From Candidatus Iainarchaeum sp. (GTDB lineage Archaea; Iainarchaeota; Iainarchaeia; Iainarchaeales; DTGL01): DNA of 53,817 bases. The translations under genes were made by a program, and so were the position numbers. Positions 1-8,330 of this stretch are shown in pieces. Location of the stretch: assembly GCA_026396995.1 (NCBI GenBank), contig JAPLVS010000079.1, forward strand, positions 1 to 53,817, in the 5' to 3' direction. Position 1 is the stretch's first letter; each line of letters begins with the position of its first letter. The notes beneath the pieces were generated by a model. That model saw only the letters and a list, made by a program, of their open reading frames with translations. It did not search any database and was not told where the DNA came from.

Positions 1-22
1 ACTACCACTGTGCTATCGAGGC
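1..22 (-). tRNA. 5' fragment of a tRNA gene truncated by the window edge (identity undeterminable)
   Basis: Reverse complement of 1-22 reads GCCTCGA-TA-GCAC-AGTGGTA-GT. That is a 7-nt acceptor strand, U8/A9, then a D-arm with A14 and the GG pair. An A/T-rich TATA-like tract lies about 20-30 nt upstream (minus strand). The rest of the gene is outside the window. Confidence 0.35.
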
Positions 23-77
23 ACACTATTAATTCTTGTTGCCTAACTTTTTATTGGTTTTGCTGTGCCGGAAAGCC

Positions 78-896
78 TTATTTCCGGTTGATTATTTCGG
101 CAAGTTTCCTGAAAAAATAGTTTGGGTTGTCCTTGAACATGAAATGCCCGGCATCAGGGATTTCAACAAGTTCGGCTTTCCCTTCCGCCTGCTTCCGCCA
201 ATCGCCGCGACCGTCGCTGCCGTAAACGAACACTTTCCTGACTTTTTTTGCATCCCGCGAGAGAAAGCGGCCAGGCAGCCTGTTGGAGTCGTAATGGTCA
301 TACAGCGAATCAGTGTATCCCTCTATTGTCTTCCTGTCATGCCCTGTCCGAAACAAATCCATAGAGTATTGTATTTGTGAAGGGCGGATTCTTGTCGGCA
401 TGAACCAGCCTATTCCCTCCATGTTTATCAGCGTGTCCACAAGTTCAGGGTGTCTTTCAGCGAACAGTGTCCCGATTGCCCCACCCGTGCTGTGCCCGAC
501 AATAATCGCGTTCTTTAGTTTGAACCTGTCGAAGACCGCTTTTGTGAGGTCAGCAAGCGATTCAAGCGAAGGCCTGAAACCTTTCGGGACCAGCGCCCTG
601 AACTGCCCTGGATAATCAAAGCTTATTATTTCATGCCCGCGCAATTCAGGCATCCTGAAAACCCTTGCAAAATCTGCCTGCGAGCAAGCCAGGCCGGGAA
701 GAATTACAATCGGGGCTTTGTTTCCTGGGCGGTGCCTTAAGCGGACATTGACAGGTGTGCCTCCAAGCATGATTCTTGTAAGGCGGTATTTCCTTGCAGC
801 CTGCCTTGGAACCCTTCGTTTGGTGCCCCTGACTTTGGGCATGGGCTTGTGTGTCTCCCAAATAACCCTTACTGCCATTCTATCGCCTAATATCAT
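78..896 (-). CDS. alpha/beta-fold hydrolase
   Basis: Nucleophile elbow G-H-S-T-G in 'AIIVGHSTGGAIGTLFA'. An upstream 'IVILPGLACSQ' loop and a C-terminal 'DAGHFMF' His motif give the usual Ser..Asp..His order. The true start may be internal. Confidence 0.8.
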   Translation of the reverse strand: MILGDRMAVRVIWETHKPMPKVRGTKRRVPRQAARKYRLTRIMLGGTPVNVRLRHRPGNKAPIVILPGLACSQADFARVFRMPELRGHEIISFDYPGQFRALVPKGFRPSLESLADLTKAVFDRFKLKNAIIVGHSTGGAIGTLFAERHPELVDTLINMEGIGWFMPTRIRPSQIQYSMDLFRTGHDRKTIEGYTDSLYDHYDSNRLPGRFLSRDAKKVRKVFVYGSDGRGDWRKQAEGKAELVEIPDAGHFMFKDNPNYFFRKLAEIINRK

Positions 897-1021
897 ATTT
901 ATCTTTGTTCTTTAAACAGTTATTGCAGGCGCTGATTTTTGCCTTCGCCAAGCCCTTTGCCTGTTTGGTTCTTTAGGCGCGGCAGGGAAGTATTTTTTAA
1001 TTCGGGTTAGGTAAGTATATT

Positions 1022-1624
1022 ATGGAAATTGATTCCAGCGATGGGCAATTGGGGTTTATCGTTAGGCCGACTGTCTTTGTTTGCAATTACATCGCATTTT
1101 GTTTCCTTTCATGGACTGTTCTGCTCTGCTTCGCCTCCCTGATGTTTTTCTTGATCAATTTTTCGCCTAGCGCCGCCGGCTGGATTTCAATGCAGTTCTT
1201 TTCCTTTTTTTCCTTTTTGGACCCGAAATTCGCCCAGCCGGCCTTGAGCCTTGACGAGGGCGACATCATTCTCGTCTTTTCGGTTACCTCTTTGCTTTTT
1301 TCCCTGCCTTTCACAATCGCCAAGCTTGTTTTAAAGGAAAAATTCAAAAAGGAGCATAGGCCTTCTTTCAGGCAAAGGGCAAAGGCGCATATTATAGTGA
1401 TATCCTTTTTCTTTATCTTGGGAATTATTTCAATTTCGGCTCCCCTGTTGGGCGCTTCCGGGGAAAAGGGAGCAGGGAGCGCAGTGCTCTTCTATTTCAT
1501 TTTTGCTGGATTTTTTGCCGTGGCTGTAGTCGCCGACCTTTTATACATCTTTTTCAGCGGCATGGCCGACTCGATTGCAAGTAATCCGGAGCAAGCGATC
1601 CGCAACTTGGGATCCGGAATGTGA
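1022..1624 (+). CDS. hypothetical polytopic membrane protein
   Basis: 200-aa ORF with an ATG start and several long hydrophobic segments. No recognisable catalytic motif. Confidence 0.5.
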   Translation: MEIDSSDGQLGFIVRPTVFVCNYIAFCFLSWTVLLCFASLMFFLINFSPSAAGWISMQFFSFFSFLDPKFAQPALSLDEGDIILVFSVTSLLFSLPFTIAKLVLKEKFKKEHRPSFRQRAKAHIIVISFFFILGIISISAPLLGASGEKGAGSAVLFYFIFAGFFAVAVVADLLYIFFSGMADSIASNPEQAIRNLGSGM

Positions 1625-1680
1625 ATGCCTTTTTTTCCCAGCCCTTATTCATTTAACCTTTTCTTTCCATAGCCGTTCTT

Positions 1681-2331
1681 ATGGCCCTTATGGACGAATG
1701 CCCTGAAACCAGCGAGTGCTCGGAGAAATGCAAGGCGGAATGCTGCAAGCGCTACTGGATTACGCTTTTGCCTGGCGAGCTTGACAGGCTTGCGGATTTT
1801 GCGGAAATGCCGCGCCAGCGCTTTATCGAGGAATACTGCACGCTTTTCGCCGACATTTTTCCAATGAGCAAAAAAGCGGAAGGCATTGTTGTTTTCACAG
1901 GGCTTGTGCCTGACAGCATTGAAGCGAAAGCCAAAGAGGCTTTCGGGGAAATGCCTGATTTTTTCCTTATACTGCCATTTATTGCGCTCAAAAGGATTGA
2001 GGGAAAGTGTGTGTTTTTGAACAAGGAAAACCTTTGCTCGGTTTACAAGGCAAGGCCGAGGCAGTGCGCTCTTTTCCCTGAAATATCGCCGGATGAGGGC
2101 AGGAAGCCTGAAGAACTGTACGATTTTTGCAGGCTTGCCGTAAAGGAGGCAAAGGGCGGCCTTGACTTGGAGCACTTTAAAAAAATGAAGGATTATTTCA
2201 GCGAAGTCGAAGGCAGGGGCTTTTCAAAGGTATGGCGCAATCTTCCCGGAAATGCTGTGGTGAAGGCCTACAAGGAGTATTTCCCTGTTTCAAAAGAGGA
2301 TTTCCTGCGGTTGCTTGGCCCTTATGCATGA
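1681..2331 (+). CDS. YkgJ-family (CxxCxxCC-type) putative Zn/Fe-chelating cysteine-cluster protein
   Basis: N-terminal 'CPETSECSEKCKAECCKRYWITLLPGE' plus the second half-motif 'GKCVFLNKENLCSVYKARPRQCALFP'. This is the characteristic C..FL....C.IY..RP..C..FP signature of the family. Confidence 0.8.
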   Translation: MALMDECPETSECSEKCKAECCKRYWITLLPGELDRLADFAEMPRQRFIEEYCTLFADIFPMSKKAEGIVVFTGLVPDSIEAKAKEAFGEMPDFFLILPFIALKRIEGKCVFLNKENLCSVYKARPRQCALFPEISPDEGRKPEELYDFCRLAVKEAKGGLDLEHFKKMKDYFSEVEGRGFSKVWRNLPGNAVVKAYKEYFPVSKEDFLRLLGPYA

Positions 2332-2391
2332 TGCAGCAGCGCTTGAAGCATTCGGGGATGCAAATTGCTCTATTGGGCCTTATACCTGAAA

Positions 2392-3159
2392 TCAAATTCC
2401 GCCGCACAATTCGTACAATCCGATTACTTTGTTTGCTTCCACAAAGGCCTTCAGTTTGTCTTTTCCAGCCAGTGCCTTTTCAAAAGCGGTTTTCCTCAAT
2501 TCGATGTATTGGGCGATTATTTTGCCTGCTTCTGCTTCAATGCTTTCTTTTTTGATTCCTGCCTCCTGCAGGAGTTCTGCGCTGATTTCAGAGGAAATGA
2601 AGCCCTTCGGCTTTATCTGGGGCAGTTTCAGGGTTGCATCACTTATCTCTTCATCATAGTTGTCTTCAAAGTAGCCCCAGTATTCGTCCGCCACAGGGTA
2701 AGTGTTCAATATCAATATGCTTTGGAATGAAAAGTCAATGGCTGCTTCCCTTGCAAATGCAGCTTTTGCGGCTTCATCGGATTCTGCCAGCATTCCGGCA
2801 TTGTAGTTTTCGAGTTCCAGGGCCTTGAGAAACTGCACGTCTTCAAGCATTGACTGGTACAGGATGTAAGTGTAGTCGCCTTCAAGGGAGTTTTCGTCCA
2901 AGAGCGCCTGCCCTGGAAAATCTGCCTCAATCTGGCTGAAGGTGCCTGCCAGTTCCTCGTGCTTTGATTCCAGCAGCCTTTTTTCTGCAGAAAAAGGGGT
3001 TTTTGGGGCAATGCCGGATTGAGGGAGAAGAAGGGCGATATTTGCTGCCAGAAGGCAGATGATTGCAAGGATTATCAGCGCCAAGAGCGGGTTTGCCCTG
3101 ATTTTTGCAATGATGCCGGCTTTTCCAGGGATCTCAGGTTCTTTTTTTTTTGAGGGCAT
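2392..3159 (-). CDS. hypothetical N-terminally membrane-anchored protein
   Basis: The ORF is open to 3174 (TTG), but ATG at 3159 ('MPSKKKEPE') is more plausible. It has a single TM helix 'LLALIILAIICLLAANIALLL' followed by an acidic helical domain. Confidence 0.6.
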   Translation of the reverse strand: MPSKKKEPEIPGKAGIIAKIRANPLLALIILAIICLLAANIALLLPQSGIAPKTPFSAEKRLLESKHEELAGTFSQIEADFPGQALLDENSLEGDYTYILYQSMLEDVQFLKALELENYNAGMLAESDEAAKAAFAREAAIDFSFQSILILNTYPVADEYWGYFEDNYDEEISDATLKLPQIKPKGFISSEISAELLQEAGIKKESIEAEAGKIIAQYIELRKTAFEKALAGKDKLKAFVEANKVIGLYELCGGI

Positions 3160-3238
3160 GTCCACCACTAGCAATTCCTAGCAATAGAAAAAAAAAGGCA
3201 TCGGCCGCTTTAAGCGGCCGGGCTGCTATGTCAAAGGT

Positions 3239-3619
3239 TTATTTTGTGCTGCCTTTCGGCGTGCTGGCGATTTTCCAGAATTCCAACAGGCCGATTATCA
3301 GCGCTGCCGGAGCCACAAGGATAACGACGTGGTGGACTATCTGCTGCAGTATTGTTCCAACTGATGGCAGGACTTTGTTGATTTCCAGCAATCCTGTTCC
3401 AGCTGAGTAGGTGAGCATTAGTGCGATTGACGCTATCAGGAACGGGGTTATCTCTTTGTCGCCGATGTTCAGAAGTCCAACGATTATGCCTATGATGAAC
3501 AATATCAGCGGAACCCAGCCAACCCATGACTGTCCGATGTTCACTCCAACGGCTATCCCTGCAATCACTGCTATTATCACGCCCAGGATAAACGCGTATC
3601 CTCCGATTTTCTCGTCCAT
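3239..3619 (-). CDS. small integral membrane protein (hypothetical)
   Basis: 126 aa with an ATG preceded by a GGAGGG Shine-Dalgarno-like motif. Four hydrophobic helices. Confidence 0.6.
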   Translation of the reverse strand: MDEKIGGYAFILGVIIAVIAGIAVGVNIGQSWVGWVPLILFIIGIIVGLLNIGDKEITPFLIASIALMLTYSAGTGLLEINKVLPSVGTILQQIVHHVVILVAPAALIIGLLEFWKIASTPKGSTK

Positions 3620-3725
3620 AACAACCCTCCTTTAGAGTTAAAAACTATGTTATTAATGTTTTCGCAGTTTAAAAGCATTACTGTTGGCTGAAAAAGCGTG
3701 TTTTTGGCTTTTTTACGGTGAGAAA

Positions 3726-4184
3726 ATGAAAAAGGGAAGAAATTGCCTGATTCACAGGAATGCGGTCATTGAAGGCGACGCCGAGCTCGGCGACAACTGC
3801 TCTGTCTGGGCCTGCGCCGTAATCCGCGCCGACGAAGGCAAAATAAAGGTGGGAAAGAACTCGAACATCCAGGACTGCTGTGTTGTGCACGGCGAAGCGA
3901 CAATAGGGGAAAACGTCACAGTCGGCCATGGCGCAATCGTGCACGGCTGCAAGGTCGGCAACAACGTGATTGTGGGCATGAATTCCTCAATCCTTACAGG
4001 AGCTGAAATCGGGGACTATTGCATTATAGCAGCAGGGGCTGTTGTCAAGGAAGGCCAGAAAATACCCGGAAATTCGCTTGTTGCAGGGGTTCCTGCCGAA
4101 GTAAAAAGGCCTTTGAATGACGCCGACAGGGAAAGGATAGGCTGCGCCTGCAAGGCGTACGTTGAAAGGATAAAGAAGAAGTGA
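3726..4184 (+). CDS. gamma-class carbonic anhydrase family / left-handed beta-helix (hexapeptide repeat) protein
   Basis: 'VIRADEGKIKVGKNSNIQDCCVVHG...IGENVTVGHGAIVHGCKVGNNVIVGMNSSILTGAEIGDYCIIAAGAVV' matches the YrdA/PaaY/Cam-like pattern, including the conserved His residues. ATG at 3726; the ORF is open from a TTG at 3684. Confidence 0.85.
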   Translation: MKKGRNCLIHRNAVIEGDAELGDNCSVWACAVIRADEGKIKVGKNSNIQDCCVVHGEATIGENVTVGHGAIVHGCKVGNNVIVGMNSSILTGAEIGDYCIIAAGAVVKEGQKIPGNSLVAGVPAEVKRPLNDADRERIGCACKAYVERIKKK

Positions 4185-4194
4185 AAAGGCTTTT

Positions 4195-4848
4195 TTACAG
4201 GGTTGCAGCTATTTTCAGCAATCCGTTCGCCACGAATTGCACTCCGATTGACAGCAGCAGGAGGCCCATTACCCGGGACATTACCTTGATGCCGGTTTTC
4301 CCCATTGCCTTTTCAATCGCTTCAGACCTTGAAATGACCAGGTAGGCTGCAAAATAAGAAACAATTGCGCCTGCAACGAATTCCGCTGCCTGGCCCAAGG
4401 CCCCGATGCTGTTGAATTGTATTGAGCTGAAAAGCATCAATCCAAGGGTGATGGATGCCGGGCCTGTCATTAAGGGAACAGCAATCGGGGTTATTGAAAG
4501 GTTTTCCAGCTCTTCCTTTTTTTCCTTTGCTGTTTCCTTGAGTTCCGCAGCCGACATTTTTGCTTCATGGCTTTGGCCTGAAAGCATCCTCATTGCAATA
4601 TAGGAGAGCAGTATGCCTCCCGCGATGTAAAACGAATACATTTCTATGTGCATCAACTGGAAAATGTATTGGCCGAAAAAGCTGAAGAGAAGGAACACAG
4701 TGAAAGCAACCAAGGTGCTTTTCCTCACGAAAGCCCTTCTCTGCTTTTGGCTGTATTTTTCCAGCAAAGCCATCAGGATTGGAATCTTCCCGATGGAATT
4801 CACCGACAGGAAAGTGGAAATCAGGGTTGTCGTGAACAGTTCGAGCAT
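4195..4848 (-). CDS. MarC-family (UPF0056) integral membrane protein
   Basis: N-terminal 'VNSIGKIPILMALLEKYSQKQRR' is the NPxGxxPxF-type MarC signature, and there are about 6 TM segments. ATG at 4848 has a GGTGA motif 5 nt upstream (the track start 4857 is GTG). Confidence 0.8.
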   Translation of the reverse strand: MLELFTTTLISTFLSVNSIGKIPILMALLEKYSQKQRRAFVRKSTLVAFTVFLLFSFFGQYIFQLMHIEMYSFYIAGGILLSYIAMRMLSGQSHEAKMSAAELKETAKEKKEELENLSITPIAVPLMTGPASITLGLMLFSSIQFNSIGALGQAAEFVAGAIVSYFAAYLVISRSEAIEKAMGKTGIKVMSRVMGLLLLSIGVQFVANGLLKIAATL

Positions 4849-4853
4849 TCCTT

Positions 4854-5030
4854 TCACCAGAAATCATAATTTGTTTTCCTTGTTTCCTCAACGTAAATCG
4901 AAATCGCTTCCTTGATATTATTCATTGCTTCCGCCCTTGTGTCTCCTTCGGAAATGCAGCCCGGAAGGGCCGGCACGTAAGCAGTATATCCGCCCTCTTC
5001 CTGTTTTTCCAAAACAACATCAAAATCCAT
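4854..5030 (-). CDS. HicB-like (UPF0150) antitoxin-fold protein, no HicA partner seen
   Basis: 'MDFDVVLEKQEEGGYTAYVPALPGCISEGDTRAEAMNNIKEAISIYVEE' is the canonical HicB N-terminal domain pattern. ATG at 5030 is preceded by GGTGGAG; the track start 5057 is TTG. Confidence 0.8.
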   Translation of the reverse strand: MDFDVVLEKQEEGGYTAYVPALPGCISEGDTRAEAMNNIKEAISIYVEETRKTNYDFW

Positions 5031-5086
5031 ACACTCCACCGAAAAATAATGCTTCAAGGAAAATAAAAAATTATGCGTGGGTCTGA

Positions 5087-5159
5087 TGCCCCGGCCGGGA
5101 CTCGAACCCGGGTCAGAGCCTTGAGAGGGCCCTATGCTTGACCGCTACACCACCGGGGC
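5087..5159 (-). tRNA. tRNA-Glu (anticodon CUC)
   Basis: Minus strand: GCCCCGG-TG-GTGT-AGCGGTCAA-GCAT-A-GGGCC-CTCTCAA-GGCTC-TGAC-CCGGG-TTCGAGT-CCCGG-CCGGGGC-A. Full cloverleaf, anticodon loop CU-CUC-AA. Confidence 0.9.
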
Positions 5160-5236
5160 TGGCTTTGTAAGAATTAATTTAAGGACAACGTAATTAAATT
5201 CTACTGTTGGCCTATGAAGAACAGGCTGAGCACTGA

Positions 5237-5252
5237 CTTCCCTTAAGGGAAG
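5237..5252 (-). terminator. perfect 16-bp palindrome downstream of the 5297-5590 ORF (possible terminator or processing hairpin)
   Basis: CTTCCCTTAAGGGAAG, located between the ORF stop and the tRNA-Glu promoter region. Confidence 0.3.
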
Positions 5253-5296
5253 GATGAACGACAATATGAGTTCGGAGGCCGCTTTTCTGTTTCTCT

Positions 5297-5590
5297 TCAC
5301 TTGGTCGGAATTTTCTCTTTTCCTTTCAGGGCAACATACCCGAGCAGGATGCACGCGATTCCCGCAACCGTTTTCACAAGCGAATAGCCTGCGACCGCCA
5401 TGAAAATGTTCTGGAACAACTGGTATGTGCCTTCCATGCCAGCGGTTTCAGTCGTGGACGTGTAAACGCTGATTGCAGCCAGCTCGGTGTTTATTTCGCC
5501 CAACAATTGTGTGCTTACATAAGCCATCACAGTCCCTTCAATGCCTAAAATCAACCCAATGATTATCAGCGCATAACCGACAGCCTTCAT
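5297..5590 (-). CDS. small membrane protein (hypothetical)
   Basis: ATG at 5590 ('MKAVGYALIIIG'), with a GGTGG motif upstream. Three hydrophobic segments. Confidence 0.6.
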   Translation of the reverse strand: MKAVGYALIIIGLILGIEGTVMAYVSTQLLGEINTELAAISVYTSTTETAGMEGTYQLFQNIFMAVAGYSLVKTVAGIACILLGYVALKGKEKIPTK

Positions 5591-5664
5591 TTTTTCCAAG
5601 TGACCACCTTCAAAGAATATGTGCTCTTGCCATTATTATTTCTTTTCTTTGGGCAACTTCTTTT

Positions 5665-5728
5665 CGTTTTTCTTTCTTTTGGCCAGCCTAGGCTTTTCTT
5701 TCTCCGTAAAGAAAGAAAAGGCCGGAGT
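5665..5728 (-). repeat. polypyrimidine/polypurine hairpin plus GGCCAGCCTAGG element immediately 3' of tRNA-CAU (copy A)
   Basis: Plus strand: TTTCTTTCTTTTGGCCAGCCTAGG-C-TTTTCTTTCT-CCGT-AAAGAAAGAAAAG. It is nearly identical to 13234-13298. The hairpin stem CTTTTCTTTCT/AGAAAGAAAAG is 11 bp. Confidence 0.8.
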
Positions 5729-5802
5729 GCCAGAGGCGGGATTTGAGCCCGCGACCTTTCGATTATGAGTCGAACGCTCCAACCAGGCTGAGCTACTCTG
5801 GC
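5728..5802 (-). tRNA. tRNA with CAU anticodon (elongator Met or Ile2; not initiator-like)
   Basis: Minus strand: GCCAGAG-TA-GCTC-...-GAGC-G-TTCGA-CTCATAA-TCGAA-AGGTC-GCGGG-CTCAAAT-CCCGC-CTCTGGC-A. The T-loop starts with C rather than U. Confidence 0.85.
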
Positions 5803-5882
5803 ATTGCCTTTTGCTTTAATGGCACCTATTAATCCCTGATAAAAAGGTTTTAATGGTTTTATTTTTTTAGGCGGGGGCGCCT

Positions 5883-6062
5883 TCACTGGTTTCTTGCTTT
5901 TTTACTGTGTCTTCGTGCCTGGCGGAGGTACGTTGCTTCTTCTTCAAAGATTTCCCTTGCCTCAGGCTCACGCCTTTGTCTTCTGATTGCTGCTTCAGCC
6001 CGCTTGATTTGGGCATCAAAGTTGGGCCATACTCCGGGACTTCTTTGCGGTCTTCGAGCCAT
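5883..6062 (-). CDS. small basic helical protein (59 aa), below the ORF-track length cutoff
   Basis: Hand translation: MARRPQRSPGVWPNFDAQIKRAEAAIRRQRREPEAREIFEEEATYLRQARRHSKKARNQ*. The ATG lies 12 nt after the rpiA stop and is preceded by GGGGG. The competing plus-strand ORF 5907-6158 looks like junk and overlaps rpiA. Confidence 0.45.
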   Translation of the reverse strand: MARRPQRSPGVWPNFDAQIKRAEAAIRRQRREPEAREIFEEEATYLRQARRHSKKARNQ

Positions 6063-6073
6063 TTTTTTGCCCC

Positions 6074-6766
6074 CTATTCGTCTTTTGCCTTCAGTTCCGG
6101 CCCGATTCTGCTCATCAAATGGATTTTGCCGTTGTATAACAGCACGCGGTCAGCGTAATCTATGAACAGGCCTGATTCAATCACTCCCGGCACTTCCTTT
6201 GTTTCGTATTCAAGGTCCTCCAAATCATAGACCTTGTCTATGTCAACATCGACGACGTAATTGCCTGTTTCAGTCACATATTTTTCGCCGTTCTTGTTCA
6301 GCCTGAATGCCGCCTTGCCGAACTGGTCCAGTCTCACAAGCGAGTGCTCTGCGCCGAAGACATCCACTTCGTAGGGGATGCTGCCGTAAAGCCTTTTCAC
6401 GTAATTGGATTCTTTTGCCACCACAAGCATTTCAGCCGCGCTCTGGCCGACCATTTTGTCCCTCACAAGGGACGTGGTGAGCCTGCTGATAAAATTGAAG
6501 TTTTTGTCGATGATGTCCGCGAATTCTATTGACAAATCTATGTCCGTGTCGTTTATCGAGGAAATTTTCATTTTGAGCGAGGAAGCAACTTCCGCCAATT
6601 TCACCGATGTCGGCACAAGGCTTATTTTATAGTTTTTTTCTTGGGCTTTCAATGCCATCTGCCTGAGGAAAGTTATGTTCTGCGGGCCTGTGCCCACTGC
6701 CAAAATCATTCCGTCCTGGATATACCTTTCGGCAATCGCTTCGATTATCCGCTCGTCCAATGGCAT
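6074..6766 (-). CDS. rpiA: ribose-5-phosphate isomerase A (divergent)
   Basis: 'ILAVGTGPQNITFL', 'LVPTS', 'DIDLSIEFADIID', 'LVRDKMV..AAEMLVVAKESNYVKRL', 'PYEVDVFG', 'VTETGNYVVDVD' and 'VIESGLF' follow the RpiA order of conserved blocks. The usual GGGG/ALLREK block is degenerate ('TTSLVRDK'). Confidence 0.75.
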   Translation of the reverse strand: MPLDERIIEAIAERYIQDGMILAVGTGPQNITFLRQMALKAQEKNYKISLVPTSVKLAEVASSLKMKISSINDTDIDLSIEFADIIDKNFNFISRLTTSLVRDKMVGQSAAEMLVVAKESNYVKRLYGSIPYEVDVFGAEHSLVRLDQFGKAAFRLNKNGEKYVTETGNYVVDVDIDKVYDLEDLEYETKEVPGVIESGLFIDYADRVLLYNGKIHLMSRIGPELKAKDE

Positions 6767-6820
6767 CCTTTCACAGCTCCAGCAGCGAAATATTATGTTT
6801 TAAGAGTTTTTAACTGTTTC

Positions 6821-7384
6821 TCAGAGCGGAATTTGGTTTTTGAGTTCCCTGTAAGGGGCAAGCTTTTCATCAATGGCACTTATCATGTCATCCCATCCGC
6901 GAATGCCAAAAGCCCTCCGGAAGTCATCATAATAGGCTATTGCATTTCTTGCGATTCTTCCTACATCGTAGTTATTGCGAGTGGCCTCCGCCTTCTGTTG
7001 GGCTTTTTCCAATTCAGCCAGCCTTTTTCGGAAGTCGCCTTCCATCCATTCGCGAAATTCGGCCTTAGTTTGCGCAACTTCACCCTCGGCAAGTTGGCGG
7101 AACTTTACCAGGGTTGACAAGGCAAAATTTTCCTGGCCCTCCCGCAATAATTGCAAAAACGCCTTCCGCACATAATAACTTCTTGCATCGGGATTTTCTG
7201 CAAAGCGGTCTGCCGCCAGTGCATACTGCGGCCCCAAAAGCCCCCCGGTCTGCCGCCTATTGCTTCTCAAATATTGGGAAAGCGCCCTGCGTTCAATTGG
7301 GCTGATGCCTTGATGGAGTTGTAATCGCCCAGCCGGCTGTTTTTTAGAAAACAGTCTCTTTGCTAACCGTGAGAGGTTTGGCAT
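6821..7384 (-). CDS. hypothetical protein
   Basis: 187-aa ORF with an ATG start. Helical and basic; no recognised motif. Confidence 0.5.
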   Translation of the reverse strand: MPNLSRLAKRLFSKKQPAGRLQLHQGISPIERRALSQYLRSNRRQTGGLLGPQYALAADRFAENPDARSYYVRKAFLQLLREGQENFALSTLVKFRQLAEGEVAQTKAEFREWMEGDFRKRLAELEKAQQKAEATRNNYDVGRIARNAIAYYDDFRRAFGIRGWDDMISAIDEKLAPYRELKNQIPL

Positions 7385-7498
7385 GTAGGCATATAAATAG
7401 CTTCTTCTATTTATGCCTTTCTAGGCGTTTTAGGCTGCAGCCGAACAAAAAGAAAAACAATATAAAAGGAAAAAAGCATTAGATTGTAGGGGATTATA

Positions 7499-8251
7499 TT
7501 GTACTTTGGCGAAACCGAATCGAACGAGGTCAAATTCGACAGTTCTGAATTGAAAGTGCTTGCTTCGGGCACGCGCGTTGAAATCCTGAAAAACCTGAAG
7601 GAGCGCAATTACACTGTCAGTGAACTGGCCCAAAAATTAGGGCATTCAAAGTCAACATTGCACGAGCACCTTGAAAGGCTGATGGATGCGAACCTCATAG
7701 AGAAAGCCGACAATTATACCGACAAATGGGTTTATTATCGGTTATCGCGCAGGGGCAAAGAATTGTTCGCGGACAGCGGCAAGCGCTTTGTCGTGATAAT
7801 TTCCTCAGTGTTCCTTGCAATAGGCATAATGATGATTGCGCTTTCGTTTTTCTCGGCATCGCTTTTCGCGCCCCAATACCTGTCGGCTGCAAGGGCGCCC
7901 GCGCCTGCCGGAGGGCAGGCAAGCGATTCGGTGCTGAAAACCTATAATGTCGCTGTGCAGTCAGCGCCTGCCGCCGGGAAGGCCGCAGATGAAACCACCG
8001 AGGGCGGAACCGGAACTGAAGCTGCAACCATAACCGAAACATCCGATATCATGGCAATAGGGGGGCAGGAGGGAAGCCAAACACCGGAAAGCCAAAATCA
8101 GGAAGCCCAGGCACAGGAATTCCCTTACCTGCTTGCAGGCGGCATCCTGTTCATTGTGGTTGCCTTTATTGTGGGGCAGAAATACCGCACTTCGCCTGAA
8201 AAAATGTTCCTTGAGAAAAAGAAAGGGAAGAAATGGGCCAGCGAAAAGTGA
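7499..8251 (+). CDS. ArsR-type winged-helix regulator fused to TM segments and a low-complexity tail
   Basis: 'LKVLASGTRVEILKNLKERNYTVSELAQKLGHSKSTLHEHLERLMDANLIEK' is a typical ArsR/SmtB HTH. It is followed by TM helices ('FVVIISSVFLAIGIMMIALSFF', 'YLLAGGILFIVVAFIV'). TTG start. Confidence 0.75.
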   Translation: MYFGETESNEVKFDSSELKVLASGTRVEILKNLKERNYTVSELAQKLGHSKSTLHEHLERLMDANLIEKADNYTDKWVYYRLSRRGKELFADSGKRFVVIISSVFLAIGIMMIALSFFSASLFAPQYLSAARAPAPAGGQASDSVLKTYNVAVQSAPAAGKAADETTEGGTGTEAATITETSDIMAIGGQEGSQTPESQNQEAQAQEFPYLLAGGILFIVVAFIVGQKYRTSPEKMFLEKKKGKKWASEK

Positions 8252-8330
8252 AAAGCCCCTGGCTGGACTTTGTTTTCAGGGGAAGCGAGCCCTGATTATG
8301 CTTTTTTAATCCTTGAAGCACTTTTTTTGC

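Noticed and set aside
5587-5886. 99-aa minus-strand ORF spanning the CAU tRNA and its trailer repeat.
   Set aside because: It overlaps a well-formed tRNA gene, and its 'WPKERK'-containing sequence is simply the translated repeat element.
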